A stretch of 64,000 bases of DNA from Paramoeba atlantica (Eukaryota > Protista > Discosea): NCBI GenBank assembly GCA_977017575.1, contig CDRNVI010000196.1, forward strand, positions 2,538 through 66,537, given 5' to 3'. The position numbers were made by a program, and so were the translations under genes. A model generated the notes under the pieces. The model saw only the letters and a list, made by a program, of their open reading frames with translations, had not been told where the DNA came from and ran no database searches. This document shows, one piece after another, positions 11,306 through 24,335 of the stretch (position 1 is the first letter of the stretch; the number at the start of each line of letters is the position of its first letter).

Positions 11306-14081
11306 TTAGATAGGAGGGGAAATCCCCAATTCATGCATTAATTTCAAGGTTTTTACACAAGAAAAAATGTTTTCAGGAGAATGAACGAGTGATAAAAGAA
11401 CAAGACAGAGAGAAAGAGAAAAAGAAAGAGAGAGAAAAAGAGAAAGAATATATCAAGAATAAAGAAAACTATTACACATAGAATAACAAACAGCCATAAA
11501 AAAGAAAGTTTGCCCCAAAAAAAGAGAGACCATGACCCGTGGCGATTTTTCCATCATTTGAGAGAAAAGATTTTGAAATGCTTCAAATTCTCCTTCTTCT
11601 TCTTCTTCTTCTTCTTCTTCATCATCTTCTGATATTTCTTCTGTGTATTCTTCTTCTGTGTATTCTTCTTCTGTGTATTCTTCTTCTGTGTACTCTTCTT
11701 CTGTATATTCGTCTTCTTCTTCTTCTTCTGTGTACTCTTCTTCCTCTGTGATTTCTTCTATGATTTCTTCTGAGAATTCTTCTTCTTCTCCTTTTTCTTC
11801 TTTCATTTGCGATGTTTCCTCCCCTTTCAATTCCTCTTTGTCTCTCTCCTCTTCCCCTTTCTCTTCTCTTTTCAATTCCCCTTTTTCTTTCTCCTCTTCT
11901 CCTTTTTCTCTTTCTTCTTTCTTTTCTTCCAGTTTCCCTATTCTTTCATTTTCTGGTCCAACTTTTCCAGAGATGAATTTCTCTTTCCCTTTCATCTTAC
12001 TTACAACAACACCTTCTTCATCATCATCATCTTCTTCTTCTGATTCTTCTTCAATAACTTCAAATTTTTCTTCTTTTCCCAATCTTAATGTCAATCCATA
12101 TTTGATCACTAAAAATTTTGTGAGAAGAGAAAAGAAGAGAAAGAAAAAAGGGAAAGAGGAGAAAGGAGAGAAGAAAAAATCGAACCATAGTACCAAATAG
12201 TGATTTGCGCAAATATTATCATCATAGCAAAAGTAACTAAAACCAAAAAAAAAATCAACCAAAAAGAAAAAAGAGAGAAAGAGAAAGAGAAAGAGAAAGA
12301 GAAAGAAAAAAGAGAAAGAAAAAAGAAAAAAAGAAAACAAACCAACAAAACCATTCAATTTTTTGTCTTTAACAGGACACCTCTCTTTTATACAACCCAT
12401 ACACTAAAAATAAAACATTTTGTTAGCTTTTTTTAAAACCTTTTTTTTTTGTTTATTTCTTACAATTTGAAGAAATGGAAAATAAAAAATTGGATTGGGA
12501 AAAAGAGAGAAATGAAAAAACAAAACTTGATCGAATGGAATATTAAAGCAACACTGTCAAAAGAACGATCAAATGAGAATTGAACAATCAAAAGAAAATT
12601 AAATTAGAAAAAATATTAAAAAATAATTAAAAAATAGTAATAAAATAAATAATAAAATTGAACATGTTCACAAGTTTGACAAGTTTCCCCGACTTGGCAA
12701 GGACCATCATAAAGAATGGGAGTAGGAGAAGGAGAAGGAGAAGAGAGAGGAGAGGGAGAAGGGGAAGAGAGAAAGAGAGGAGAGGGAGAAGGGGAAGAGA
12801 GAGGAGAGGGAGAGGGGGAAGGGAGAGGAGAGGGGGAAAGAGAGGGGAAGGGAGAGGGAGAGAGAGAGGGGAGAGGAGAGGGGGAGTGAGAGGGAGAGGG
12901 GAGAGGAGAGGGAGAGGGGAAAGGAGAGGGAGAGGGGAGGGGGGAAGGAGAGGGGGAAGAGAGAGGAGAGGGGGATGGAATTGGAGAGGGGAATGGGGAA
13001 GGGGCTCCCCATGTTGGAGTTGGGGTTGGAAGAGGAAAGGGAGAGGGAGAAGAAGAAGGAAAGGGGAATGGAGAGGGGATTGGAGAGGGGAGAGAGGGGA
13101 GAGAGGGAGAGGGGAAGGGGGATGGAGATGGAAAGGGTGAGGGATGGGGGGAGGGGGAGGGGGAAGGAGAAGGTTCTGTTTTTAGTTTTGCTCCTAGGAA
13201 TAGTTTGAGTTCTATTCGGGTTACTTGTCCCTGTTTTGTTTGGTTTTTTTTTTTAGAAGGAGAGAGGGAGAAGAGAGAGGGGAGAAAGAGAGAGGGGAAA
13301 AGAGAAAAAGGAAGGAAAGAAACATACCGAATCTTGACACAAAGTATCAGTGACTGTGACAACCCAATTTCCCTAAAAAAGAAAAAGGAACTTAACAAAA
13401 GAAGAGAGAAGAGAGAGGGAGGAGAAAGAAAAGAGAAAGAATTACCACAAAACGTTCACCCCAAAAGAATGGGGTTGTGAATTTTGGTTTCCACTAAAAG
13501 AAAAAAAAATATTATTCTTTTATTCTTAATAATTTTTGAATCATAAAAAATATCAATTATTCTTAAATAAATTCTTTTTTTTTGTGTGTGTTTCAAAAAG
13601 AAAAGAAATCATAAATTATGATTCCAAAAAATAATAAAAAAATGGCATACTGAATTGGAGTCTAGTTTATGTTTGAGTGGAAATTTTCCTTCTGGTGTTA
13701 ATTTCACATCTGTTCCAATAATTAAATAATAATTAAATGAAAATCAAAGATAAATTTTGAAGAAAAATAAAAGCCTAAAAAGAATAAAAGAATAAAAACA
13801 AAACAAAATAATAAAATAAAAAATTAAAAATTTAAAAAAACCATGTGTCTGAACATCACCAACCAAATTCCTCAAAATAATTCGAAAAATCTCAGAATTA
13901 ATCCCCAAAATAGGAAAAGAATAGAGCTCTAAATCCTTAAATTTTGGATGACTTTTAAAAGATGGAAAAATTATCATTTTGAGATCATTTTCTCTTTTTG
14001 TATTGGTGAAAGATTTTGTGACTGTTGTGATCTGTGAAAGAAAAGAAAGAAAAATTAAAATTGCACTCAATAAAAATAAAT

Positions 14082-14143
<62 letters not shown>

Positions 14144-14540
14144 TAAAAATAAAAATAAACTTGTTCATCAAGATCACAATCCTCAGTGGGATTTATGACA
14201 ACAGCAACAGCCCCTTCTATCATTGTCAAACATCTACAAAAAAAAAATGAGAAAGAAAAAGAGAAGAAAAAGAAAAAAACTAAAGAAAAATGAAAAAAAA
14301 ACAAAACAAATAAAGAAGAAAAAAAGAAATAATAATAAGAAAAAAAAAAAATCAAAACTCTCCATCTCTTTTCTCTCTCTCTCTTCTCTCTTTCCTATCT
14401 TCAGAAGGTGGTTCTTCATTCACATTTTCAACCATTTCTGGTTCTGGTTCAAGTTCTGATTCTGATTCTGGTTCTGGTTCTGATCCAGAACAACAAGGAG
14501 AAGAGATAAAGACAAATCGAACTCCATTAAAATCAACCTT

Positions 14541-14571
<31 letters not shown>

Positions 14572-16967
14572 GGAAGAGAAAAAAGAGTGAATCAAAAAAA
14601 TTAAAGAATAAACATTTCAAAAAAACAATTTAATAAATAAATAAATAAAAAAAAAAATATCAGGAAACTGTTTGTTGTGGAAGACGAGAATATTGTGTAT
14701 CCAATACCAATGATTCATCAACCTAATAAATAATTCAATAAAAAATAAAATAAATAATTCATTAAAAAATAAAATAAATAATTCATTAAAAAAATAAAAT
14801 AACTAATTCATTAAAAAAATAAAATAAACTATTCATAAAAAATAAAATAAATCCATTAAAATAAAATAAATAATTCATTCATAATAATTAATTGATAAGA
14901 AAAGAGAAAGCAAAACCGTAATTCTGGTAGTTTGAGAAAATTGTTCTCCTCTTGGCTATTCTTTCCCATTAAAAAAGACAAAGAAAAAAGAGAAAAGAAG
15001 AAAAGAGAAAGAAAAGAGAAAGAGAAAAGAAACTGTCATCAAAACGACTTTTGTTCCAGAAGGAGATGTCAAAGAAATTTCCAATTCATCTTTATGAGGA
15101 AAAAATAAAATAATAAAAAAATTAAATTTATTATTTTTAATGACTCAAATATTTTTTTGAAATATTGAAAATGTTTTAAATTTTTTAAAGTTGATTTTTT
15201 TTCAAAAGGAAAGAGAAAGAGAAAGAGACCAGGAGCAGAATGGCGAATGTCAAATGACACCTAATAATCAAATAATCTTAGAAAATAATAATACAACTTA
15301 TTTTATTCAACAACATGAAAAACAAGAAGAAAAGAACAAAAATAAGAATAAAAAAATAGGTTTCAAAATAAAAAAAAAAATAATTTCATTGAAAAATTAA
15401 ATCATTAAATAAAACAAAAAAAAGAACAAAATTTGAACAAAAAAAATTAAATTAAAAAAACCTCAATTTGCTGAAGTTCTAAAGCTTGGTGCTGATTTTG
15501 ATTGATTTTCAGTGTAGACTCCATTTTTCCTGTACAATCTGGAATATTTCTACAAAAACAAATGAATAAAATTCTGAACATTGACTTAGATTATTCTTCA
15601 GAAAAAGGAAGAGAGAGAGAGAGAGAAGAGAAATGAAAAAAGAAAAAAGAAAAAAGAAAAAAAGAAAAGAAAAAGAAAAAAGAAAAGAAAACTTTCTTGA
15701 AGAAGAACGAACAACTTGACTTGCAGGAGCATGAGAAATCGGAGAATGATATTTTATTAAATGGATCGCTTTTGTTGGATTGACTAATCCATATCTATTT
15801 TTTTTTATTATTTATTTTTTTTTATTTATTTTATCATTTTTAATATTATTGATGACCTTATTTTTTTTCTTTGTTATGATTTTTTATTAGATTGAATTTT
15901 ATTTTTATTATTCTTATTATTTATTATGAAATATTTAAGATGATAAAAAAAGAAAAAGAGAAAATAAAAAAAATAACCCAAAATCGTGACTGAACATCCG
16001 ACCAACACCATTTTGTTGCCAGCCACCTCCTCCAGGTTGTTCAATTACTATTCAATTATATTATTATTTCTTTTTATTTTATTTATTGCTTCATTTTTTC
16101 CATATTTTTATTTCATTTTCTTATTTTTAGTAATTTAGATAAAAATAACCTTCCGCAGTAGACAAGAGAGCGAAAAAAACATCAGCTGCCTTCAAATCCC
16201 CGTTTTGCTTCAAAATCAAAATCAAAATCAATTCATTTTAGATAATTTTTCTTTTTTTTCATTTAAAAAATAATTGTGCAACACACAAAATTAAAAATCA
16301 AATTAAAAATAAAAATAAATAAATGAATTTAAAACCTCAAGGAGAAGCGCAGAAACCCCAGCAACAACGGCAGCACTTGCCTAAAAAAAAAATGAATAAT
16401 GAATAATTATGAATGATTTGTTCTCTTTTTCAAAAAATAAATATTGAAAAATAAAAAGAGATTTCTTTTTTGGAATTGTTTTTTAACAATTCAAAATAAA
16501 ATAAAACCTGAGAGCCATCCAAACTTAAATCAGAGCACATTCGATCAAATGTTGTTTTCAGCTTTCAAAAAACAAATTTCAGAAAGAGAAAAGAGAGGTA
16601 ATTAAGTAAGAAAAAAGAAAAAGAAATAGAAAAAAAGAGAAGGGAGAGAAGAAGAAGAAAAACCTGAGTTGGTGCAGAAACGAGATAGCTTGCACAAAAA
16701 GGAGAAGAACCAACTTTTCCGTCTCTTGTTACTTGACTGATACTCATTATCTATTTTTTGGAAGAAGAGAAAAAGAAATAAATCATTTTGAAAAAATATA
16801 AAAATAATAATAAATATCGAGCTATTTTGAATCATAATAACAACAACAATAATAATACAATCTAAAAAATAAGAAAGAAAACAAAATAAGAACATCACGC
16901 TGAGCATTCAACGTCTGAGTCTAACAATTGCCCATCATCTCTCTATCATCATTAACAGAACAACAAC

Positions 16968-17012
<45 letters not shown>

Positions 17013-17121
17013 CTAATCTAAAAAAAAAAGAAAAAGAATAATACATCACGCTGAGCATTCAAAGTCTGAGTCTAACAATTGCCCATCATCTCTCTATCAT
17101 CATTAACAGAACAACAACAAC

Positions 17122-17163
<42 letters not shown>

Positions 17164-20100
17164 CTAATCTAAAAAAAAAAGAAAAAGAATAATACATCAC
17201 GCTGAGCATTCAACGTCTGAGTCTGACAATTGCCCATGATATCTCTATCATCATTAACAGAAGAAATAGCGACAATTCCTTTTCGATGTCTTCCATCTTT
17301 CATATGATGGTCGTATGAATTTTCGGTTAGTGGTGATACTGCTCCGAATGTATATAAATGGATGTCAATTTGCTGGGAGTTTGGGGGAGAGAGAGGAGAG
17401 AGAAGAGAGAGAGAGGAGAGAGGAGAGAGAGAAGGAGAGAGAGGCCGAGGAGAGAGGATGAGAAAGAAAATATTTTTTTTTGATTTTTTTGAGAGAAAAA
17501 GAAAAGAGAAGAGAAAAAGAAAAGAAAAGAAAGAAAACAGATGTTTGGGCAAAGAGGAGAGAATCCGTCTTCTCAGGGCGATCCAGACTCTCAGCTTCCA
17601 ATATCAGTAACCTTGCTGAAAAGAGAGAAAGAAAAGAGAGGAGAAAAAAATGTGAATCAAGAAGAGAAAGAGAGAGAGAGAGAGAGAGAACCTTCATTTG
17701 CAACCCCAACAGAACAAAAATTATTATTTCCAGTCCCAACAACCAAAGACGCCACTATTTTTCATAAAAAGAGAGAAGAGAAAAGAAAAGAAAGAGAGAA
17801 AAAGATAAGAATTTCCTTCTCCTTTTCTCATTTCCCCTTCTCTTTTCTCTTTCTGTATTTTTTCCTTCTTTTCTTTTCTCTCTCTCTTTCTTCTTCTCTC
17901 TCTTACCTGCGGTTCCAAAGGGACGAGAAGAATCAAATTCTGAATTTTGTCCAAGATGAGAATTCGTCTTATCCAAACGGCCAGTCAAGTCTTCGGAAAG
18001 AGAAAGAAAGTGAATAAAAAGAGAAGAAAAGAGAGAAGAGAGAAGAAAAGAGAGAAAAGAGAGAAGAGAAAACCTCGATTGCCTTCGTCTGCTGCAAGAA
18101 CATTAACTGCAATTCGAACACCTATTTTGAAAAGAGAAGAAGAAGAAGAGAAGAGAAAAAGAGTTTAGAGTTTTGATATTTTTCTTTCATATTAAGCAAT
18201 TAAAATACCATTGCCACTCAATCCTTCTTCATATTTCCCCTTTTAAAAGAAAGAGTTAATTGCAAAGAAAAATAATAAACAAAAGATTCAACAATTAAAA
18301 GAAAAGAAAAGAGATCTTGATATTATTTGATGAAAAAAATTCTTTTCTATTCAAAAAACAATAAAAAAAAATAACAACAATAAAAAAACAAACAATTTTT
18401 TCAACATACAAAAAAACCAACCTTCAAGTCAAGACCAAACTTTTCACCACTGTGCAAATGCCACTGTTCAGAATAACGAGGATCATAATAATTAAAGTAT
18501 GCCAAAGAACCGCTTGGTTTATCGGATGGTTTCATAAAAGAACCTAGAGAAAATCTTATTTCTGCTGATTTTAAAATTCCCTGTTTTTTTTGTTTTAGAG
18601 GAGAGAGAGAGAAGAAAGGGATTTGAGAGGAAAGAGAGGGATTTTTTTTTGAGATTCAATTGTGTGAAAGTGGTAAAAGAAACGGAAGAGAAAGAAAGAG
18701 AAGGAGAAAGAGAGAACTCCATCTCCGCATAATGTATCACGAATGGATAATTTCCAAATTCCCTATTCAAAAAAAAAATTAAAAATCAAGAGAAAGAGAG
18801 AAAGAGAGAAAAGAAGAAGAAAAAAAGAAACAAAGAAGAAAATAACCTTTCTGGCTTCTCCCAAAAAGAAGTGACTCCCCATGACCCAATTTGTCATCTT
18901 TTGAAGAAATAAATTCAAAAATTAATTCCAAAAAAATTCGAATATCAATTTAATGAAATATTCCAAAAAAAAATCAAATCGAAATACAAAAAATATTTCA
19001 ATTTTTTAACAAAAAAAAAACAGAGAATGATTCCAAAAAAAAAAGATAATTATTCTAAAAAACAAAAAGAAAAAACAATACAGGAGGAAAAGAAGATTTG
19101 ATAGGTCGAGTACCATCAGAAACCACTTTCACATCTATTAATATTAAAAAAATAAATAATAATAATTATTATTCTCTTTTCTTTTCTCTTCTCTTCTTTT
19201 CTTTATTTTAAAAACCTTCTCAAATTTCCTGGAAAACAAATCAACCAATTTTTTTAAAAGAAATTTATAAATTAAAATCAAAAAAAAAAAAAGAAAAAAA
19301 ACCAAAAATCCGAGAACGAAACTGACTCAAAACCAATTCCGGAAAAAAAGAACAAGAACCAAAAACAGGAATTTCAAGAGAAAGAGAAGAGATCTCATCT
19401 TCTCTTTTGTTATCTGGTAAAAGAAATATGAAAAATAAGAGAGAGGAATTTGGGTCTGCTTTTTTCTTTTCAATGATGATGTTGACCTATGAGGAAAAGA
19501 GAGAGAGAGAGAGGAGAAAAGAGAAAGAAGAGAAATGGAGTGAAGAATGAGAAAGAGAAAAAGTTACTTTGCCAAAAAAATGAAAATGAAAAAATTCAAA
19601 AAAAAATAAATTCCTTCTGAAATAAATCAAAAGAAAAAAAGAAAAAAAAAGAAAAAAAAGAAAAAAAAATAAATTTGTAACTTGAGTCCCAAGAGAACAA
19701 TATGAAGGTCTCAAAAGAACTCCTGTTTTTTCACGAAATTTTATTTTACAACTAAAAAAAAAGGATTCTTAGAAAAAAGAAGAGAGAGAGAGAGAGAAAG
19801 AAAGAAAGAAAGAAAAAAGACAAAACTCTCTCATTCGACAACAAGATAACTGAGCTTCAGAAAAATAAACACCCTTCCAATTTTGCTAAAAATAAGAATA
19901 AAAAAACAAATTAATATTAATATTTTAAAAATATTAATATATCAATAATTTAATAAGAAATAATTATTATTCAAGATTAAGAAATCTATAAAAATAATAA
20001 AATTTGTGAAGTGAAAATTTCTTTTTAAAAGTTCATTTTTAAAATATTTTCAAGAAAAAAATAAAATAATTTTTGAAAAAGAAAGAAAAATACAGCTTTT

Positions 20101-23100
20101 TCTCGCATTTTCCAATTAATAAACCAGAAATTTAATATTGTTTTCTCCCCAATCTGTCATCAGAAAAGAGTTTAAAAAGAGTTTAAAAAAAGAAAAGAGG
20201 GAAAAAAAGAGAAATAAAAACAATTAAACGAGGTGAGTCTGAAGGGAGAGCTCCTCTTTGCTATTTGAAGAATTGAGAAAAAGAGACAAGAGAAAGAGAC
20301 AAAAAAGAGAGAAAGAAAAGAAAGAAAGAGAGAGAAAATACGGTCATTAAAATAGATTCAGTCCCAGAAGGAGAAGTTAACTTCACTTCCAAGTCACCTT
20401 GAAAGAAAAAGAAGAGAAAACTTTCGAGTTATTATCTTTCTATTTTCTCTCTCTCTCTTTTGTGCTTCTTTTTTCTTTCTTTTCTCTCTTATCAATGAAA
20501 ATACCTGGTGACGGATGCTCAATATCTACACTCACCTAAAGTGAAAAATGAATTCATCAAAAGAAATAAATGGGAGAGAGAGAGAGAAGAGGGGGGAGAG
20601 AGAGGAGAGGAGAGAGAGAAGAACCTCAACATATTGAATAGGGTCAGGACTCGAGGTTCTCATCTCAACAGTTGACAATGCGGTTTTTCCCACACAATCT
20701 AATATTTCGCTATTTTTGATTTTGTTATTATTATGTTATTATTATTATTGAAAAAGAAACTCAAATATCCTTTTCTCTTTTCATTTTTTCATTTTTTTTT
20801 CAACCAAAAAGTAATTTTTCCTTTTTTTAGATCTCAAATAACAAAAAAAAAAAAAGCTCTTCAAACCAAGATGGAAAAAATGCCTTGACATGTTTGACAC
20901 TCCCAGAAATAGTCTCAGTATTTTCATCAACAAATTCTAGCGCTTTAGTCACGTTTACTGCCCCAAAACTAGATTTGATTTTTAAAAAATGATTTTGTTA
21001 ATGAAAGAATTATCAGAAAAACTGAAACAATTTATCAAAAATCAGAAAAGAGAAAGAAAAGGAAAGAAAAAGAAAAGAAAAAGAAACCCAAAAAGATGGC
21101 TAATAGAAAAACCAGCTGCATTTCGTTGCCAATCTCCTTCTTTTATCTTTGTTGCGGTTGATGCAAATATATATTGTATGTCAAACCATGCTAATGCTGG
21201 TTTTTTCTGTTTGGTTGAAGAAAGAGAGAGAGAGAAAAGAGAGAAGGAGAAGGGAAAAGGGAAAGGGAAAGAGAAAGAGAAAAGAAGAAAAAAAACAAAT
21301 TATGAGAAAATGAGCAAGAGAAGAGAGAAAAGAAAGAGAGAAACTTCAAGAAGAAGAGCAGTAGCCCCTGAAACAAGAGCAGAAGCAGCCTTTTTAAAAA
21401 AAAGAATAAGAAAAATATACTTTGTTCTCTTTTCTCTTTTCCTTTTCCCCTCTTTGAATCTCTCTTCTTCTTCTCTCTCCTTTTCTCTCTCCTCCATTCT
21501 CCTCTCTCTCTCTCTTCTCTCTTTCTTCTTCTCTCCAAAACCTGATTTCCTGGGAAATCCATCCGAGCACACTCAGCATTAAAAGTTGTTTTAACATTTG
21601 TTGGAGCAGAAACAAGATATTTTGAACAAATTGAACTTGGGACGCCTTGCTCTGTTATGTGACTCACAAGTATCACCTTTAGAGAGAGAAAAGAGAAAGA
21701 GAGAAGAGAGAGAAGAGAGAGAAGAAGAGAAGGGGGAGAGAGAAGCAAGAGAAATTGATTTCAAATGAATCAATCAATTGAATCAGAAGAATACAAGAAT
21801 AAAAAATAAAGAATAAATAAGAATCAAATTAACCTCTGGAAGAACATTAAAAGCATCTTGGTTACAATTTGGAGAGGCATAAATATCATCAGAAATTGAT
21901 CCAAAAACCACAATTCCTTTTCCCTATTTTATTTATTTTTATTTGGTGAATATTTTATTAATTATTTTTAGTCTTGAATTTCATAAAAGATTTTTTTTCT
22001 TTTTCTTTTATTTACTTCAAATTAAATAATTTTTAAATCAAAAATAGGTTTGATGAATCAAAAGAAAAAGTGAAAGTGAAAAAGAAAGAAAGAAAACATC
22101 TCTTCCAGAGTGTAGATCATGCTCCAACTTTCTCTTCACATCACTCTAAAAAAAGGAAACAAAAAACAAAGAATGAGAAAAACAAATCAAAAAGAGAGAA
22201 AAAGAGAAAAGAGATAACTGAAAGAAGAAATCCATCATGAGAAAGCCCATGAGAAAACCAATAAATATCAACAACCTAGTCCAAAAGAAAAGAAAAAAGA
22301 TGATTTTTAGGAGTGAAAAGAGAGAAGAGAAAGAGAAAGAAAATTTCGCCAATCTCCAAAAAAAAAAAATAATAAAAATAATAAATAATAAAAAAATTAC
22401 ATTATTAGCCACTTCAAACAAAAGAAAATCTTCATGAGGAGATTGTTCCCAACCAGTTATTAACACTAAATTTGCTGTTACTTGTTAATCAGCTTCATTT
22501 TTTTGAAAGAGAGAAAGAGAGAGAGAAGAGAGAAAGAAAAGAGAGAGAGAGAAGAGAGAGAAGAGAAGAGAGAGAAAGAGAAAGAGAAAGAGAGAGACCT
22601 TGTGGCGCAACACCCAAAGAACAAAAATGGTTATTACTTGCAAGAATCAAAGATGCAGCTATCAAAAAAGAAAAGAGAAGAAGAAAAGAGATGAAAAAGA
22701 GAAGAGAAGTGAGTTTTTTTCTTGCAAATCTTCTTCTCAAGAATTTTCTCTGTATTTTCTCAAAAAACTTTCGAGAAAGAGAGAAAGGAGAAAGAGAAAG
22801 AGAAAAACAAACCAGCAGTTCCTCTTTCCAAGGCAAAAATATTATCAGAAACTGCATCAAGTGAAGAATGTTCTTTATCTAATCTCCCCACAAGATCTAA
22901 GAGAATAATAAATGAAAGAAAGAAAGGAAAGGAGGAAAAGAGAAATCTCTCTCTTTGCTCTCTCTCTCTTTCCCTTTTTAAATTCAACTCAAGCTCAAGA
23001 AATTAAAAGAAATGAAAGTTTTAAAATTGAATGAATAAAGAATCAAAAAATCAACCATGATAAAATTCAATTCATTCTCGAAAAAAGAAAAAGAAAAAGA

Positions 23101-23677
23101 AAGAAAAAAAACCAGGATTTGTGACATTTGCAATGGGAACAGAAACACCAACTGAAACACCTCGACCAAAATATCCAACATTCCATGCCCCCTTTTTTTG
23201 AAAAAGAGAAGAGATTGAGAAAGAGAAGAAAGAGAAAAGAGAGAGAGAAGAGAGGGAGAAAGAAGAGAGAGAAGAGAGGGAGAAAGAAGAGAGAGAAAGA
23301 AAATAGAAGAGAGGAAAGAGGAGAAGAGAAGAAAAAGAAAAAAGCAAAACTTGAAGTTGAAGAGAATTTGGTTGGTCATGAAATTGCCATTGCAAAGGGA
23401 AAAGAGGATCACTAAATCTCTTCTTTTCAGCTCTCTTTTCCACATTTCTTTTCTTTTCTTCTTCTTCTTCTCTTTCTTTTCTTTTCTTCTCTTTTCTTTC
23501 TTTTCTATTTTCTTCTCTCTTTATTTGCTCTCGATCCTGACTGTCAAGAATTTCTTTTGAAGAAGAAGAAGAAGAAGAAGAAGAAGAAGAAGAAGAAAAA
23601 CTCTTCATACAAAAGAAAAGAAAGAGAGAATAAACTACCACAACAAAAAAGAAAACAAACTTTTTCTTCATCCCCAT
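11306..23677 (-). CDS. Large secreted or membrane protein with two tandem kexin/furin-like modules (S8 + P-domain), both catalytically dead, followed by a Pro/Ser linker, Cys-rich segment and acidic tail
   Basis: Module A: [71 protein letters not shown]|GIWKLSIRD. Module B: [62 protein letters not shown]|[25 protein letters not shown]|GNWVVTVTD. One exon (about 18422-18580) runs in frame from the end of P-domain A into DPRYSEQW of module B. The 5' and 3' ends are tentative. Confidence 0.8.
16890..17250 (-). repeat. Three ~150-bp copies of an exon 3' end plus splice donor in the kexin-like gene, separated by (AAT)n
   Basis: acatcacgctgagcattcaa...gagtct(a/g)acaattgcccat occurs at about 16893, 17043 and 17194. 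Confidence 0.9.
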
Positions 23678-24335
23678 TTCAAAAAATCAAAAAAATAAAT
23701 TAATTCTCAAAAAATTGACTTTGTCAAGAAGAAAAAAGATTTTTGGTGACCCTTTTTTGTGAAGGAAATTGAGAGAGGAAAAAGACGTGCGGCTGTTGCG
23801 AGCGTCCCAAAGTGACCACTGCGGAGAAGGTGATTGGTTTTTGTGACTCTTTTCTGAGAGAAAGAGAGAGAGAGGAAAGACGTTGCGAAGCGATCACAAA
23901 AGATTGAGCACTTCCGCAAAGTCAAAAATAAGGAAACAAGGTTTCAAAAATCTGGAGGTGGTGAGATAAACTTTGTTTGAAGATGGGAGAGGTTAAGGTT
24001 GGAAAACGAAGAGGGAAGAGAAGAGGTGGTTCTGTTTTTGGTTCGGTTTCTTTCCTTCTCTTTTCCTTCTCAATTCTCCTCTCTCGTTCACACCACGCAA
24101 AAAAGATAACTCCAACATCCGACCGATATTACTTATTTAGTAAATATTTAGGTCACTATTTTTGGCCATCTTATTGTTTTGGTTTTGCCCACTGGACGAA
24201 GAAAGAGAGGAAACCAAAGAAGAAGAAAGAGAGAGGAAGAAACCGAGAAGAGAGTACTGTTTGGTCCAAAACTAAAAAGGCAACTGCCCCTTTTTGTTCA
24301 AAGAGAGTGTTTCAGAGAGGAGAGAAGAGAGAAAA

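Noticed and set aside
18422-19140. Reading the kexin-like region as two separate genes with a prodomain at 18700-18905
   Set aside because: Those exons translate as the P-domain end of module A (FFLGEARK|GIWKLSIRD) and join module B in frame within one exon.
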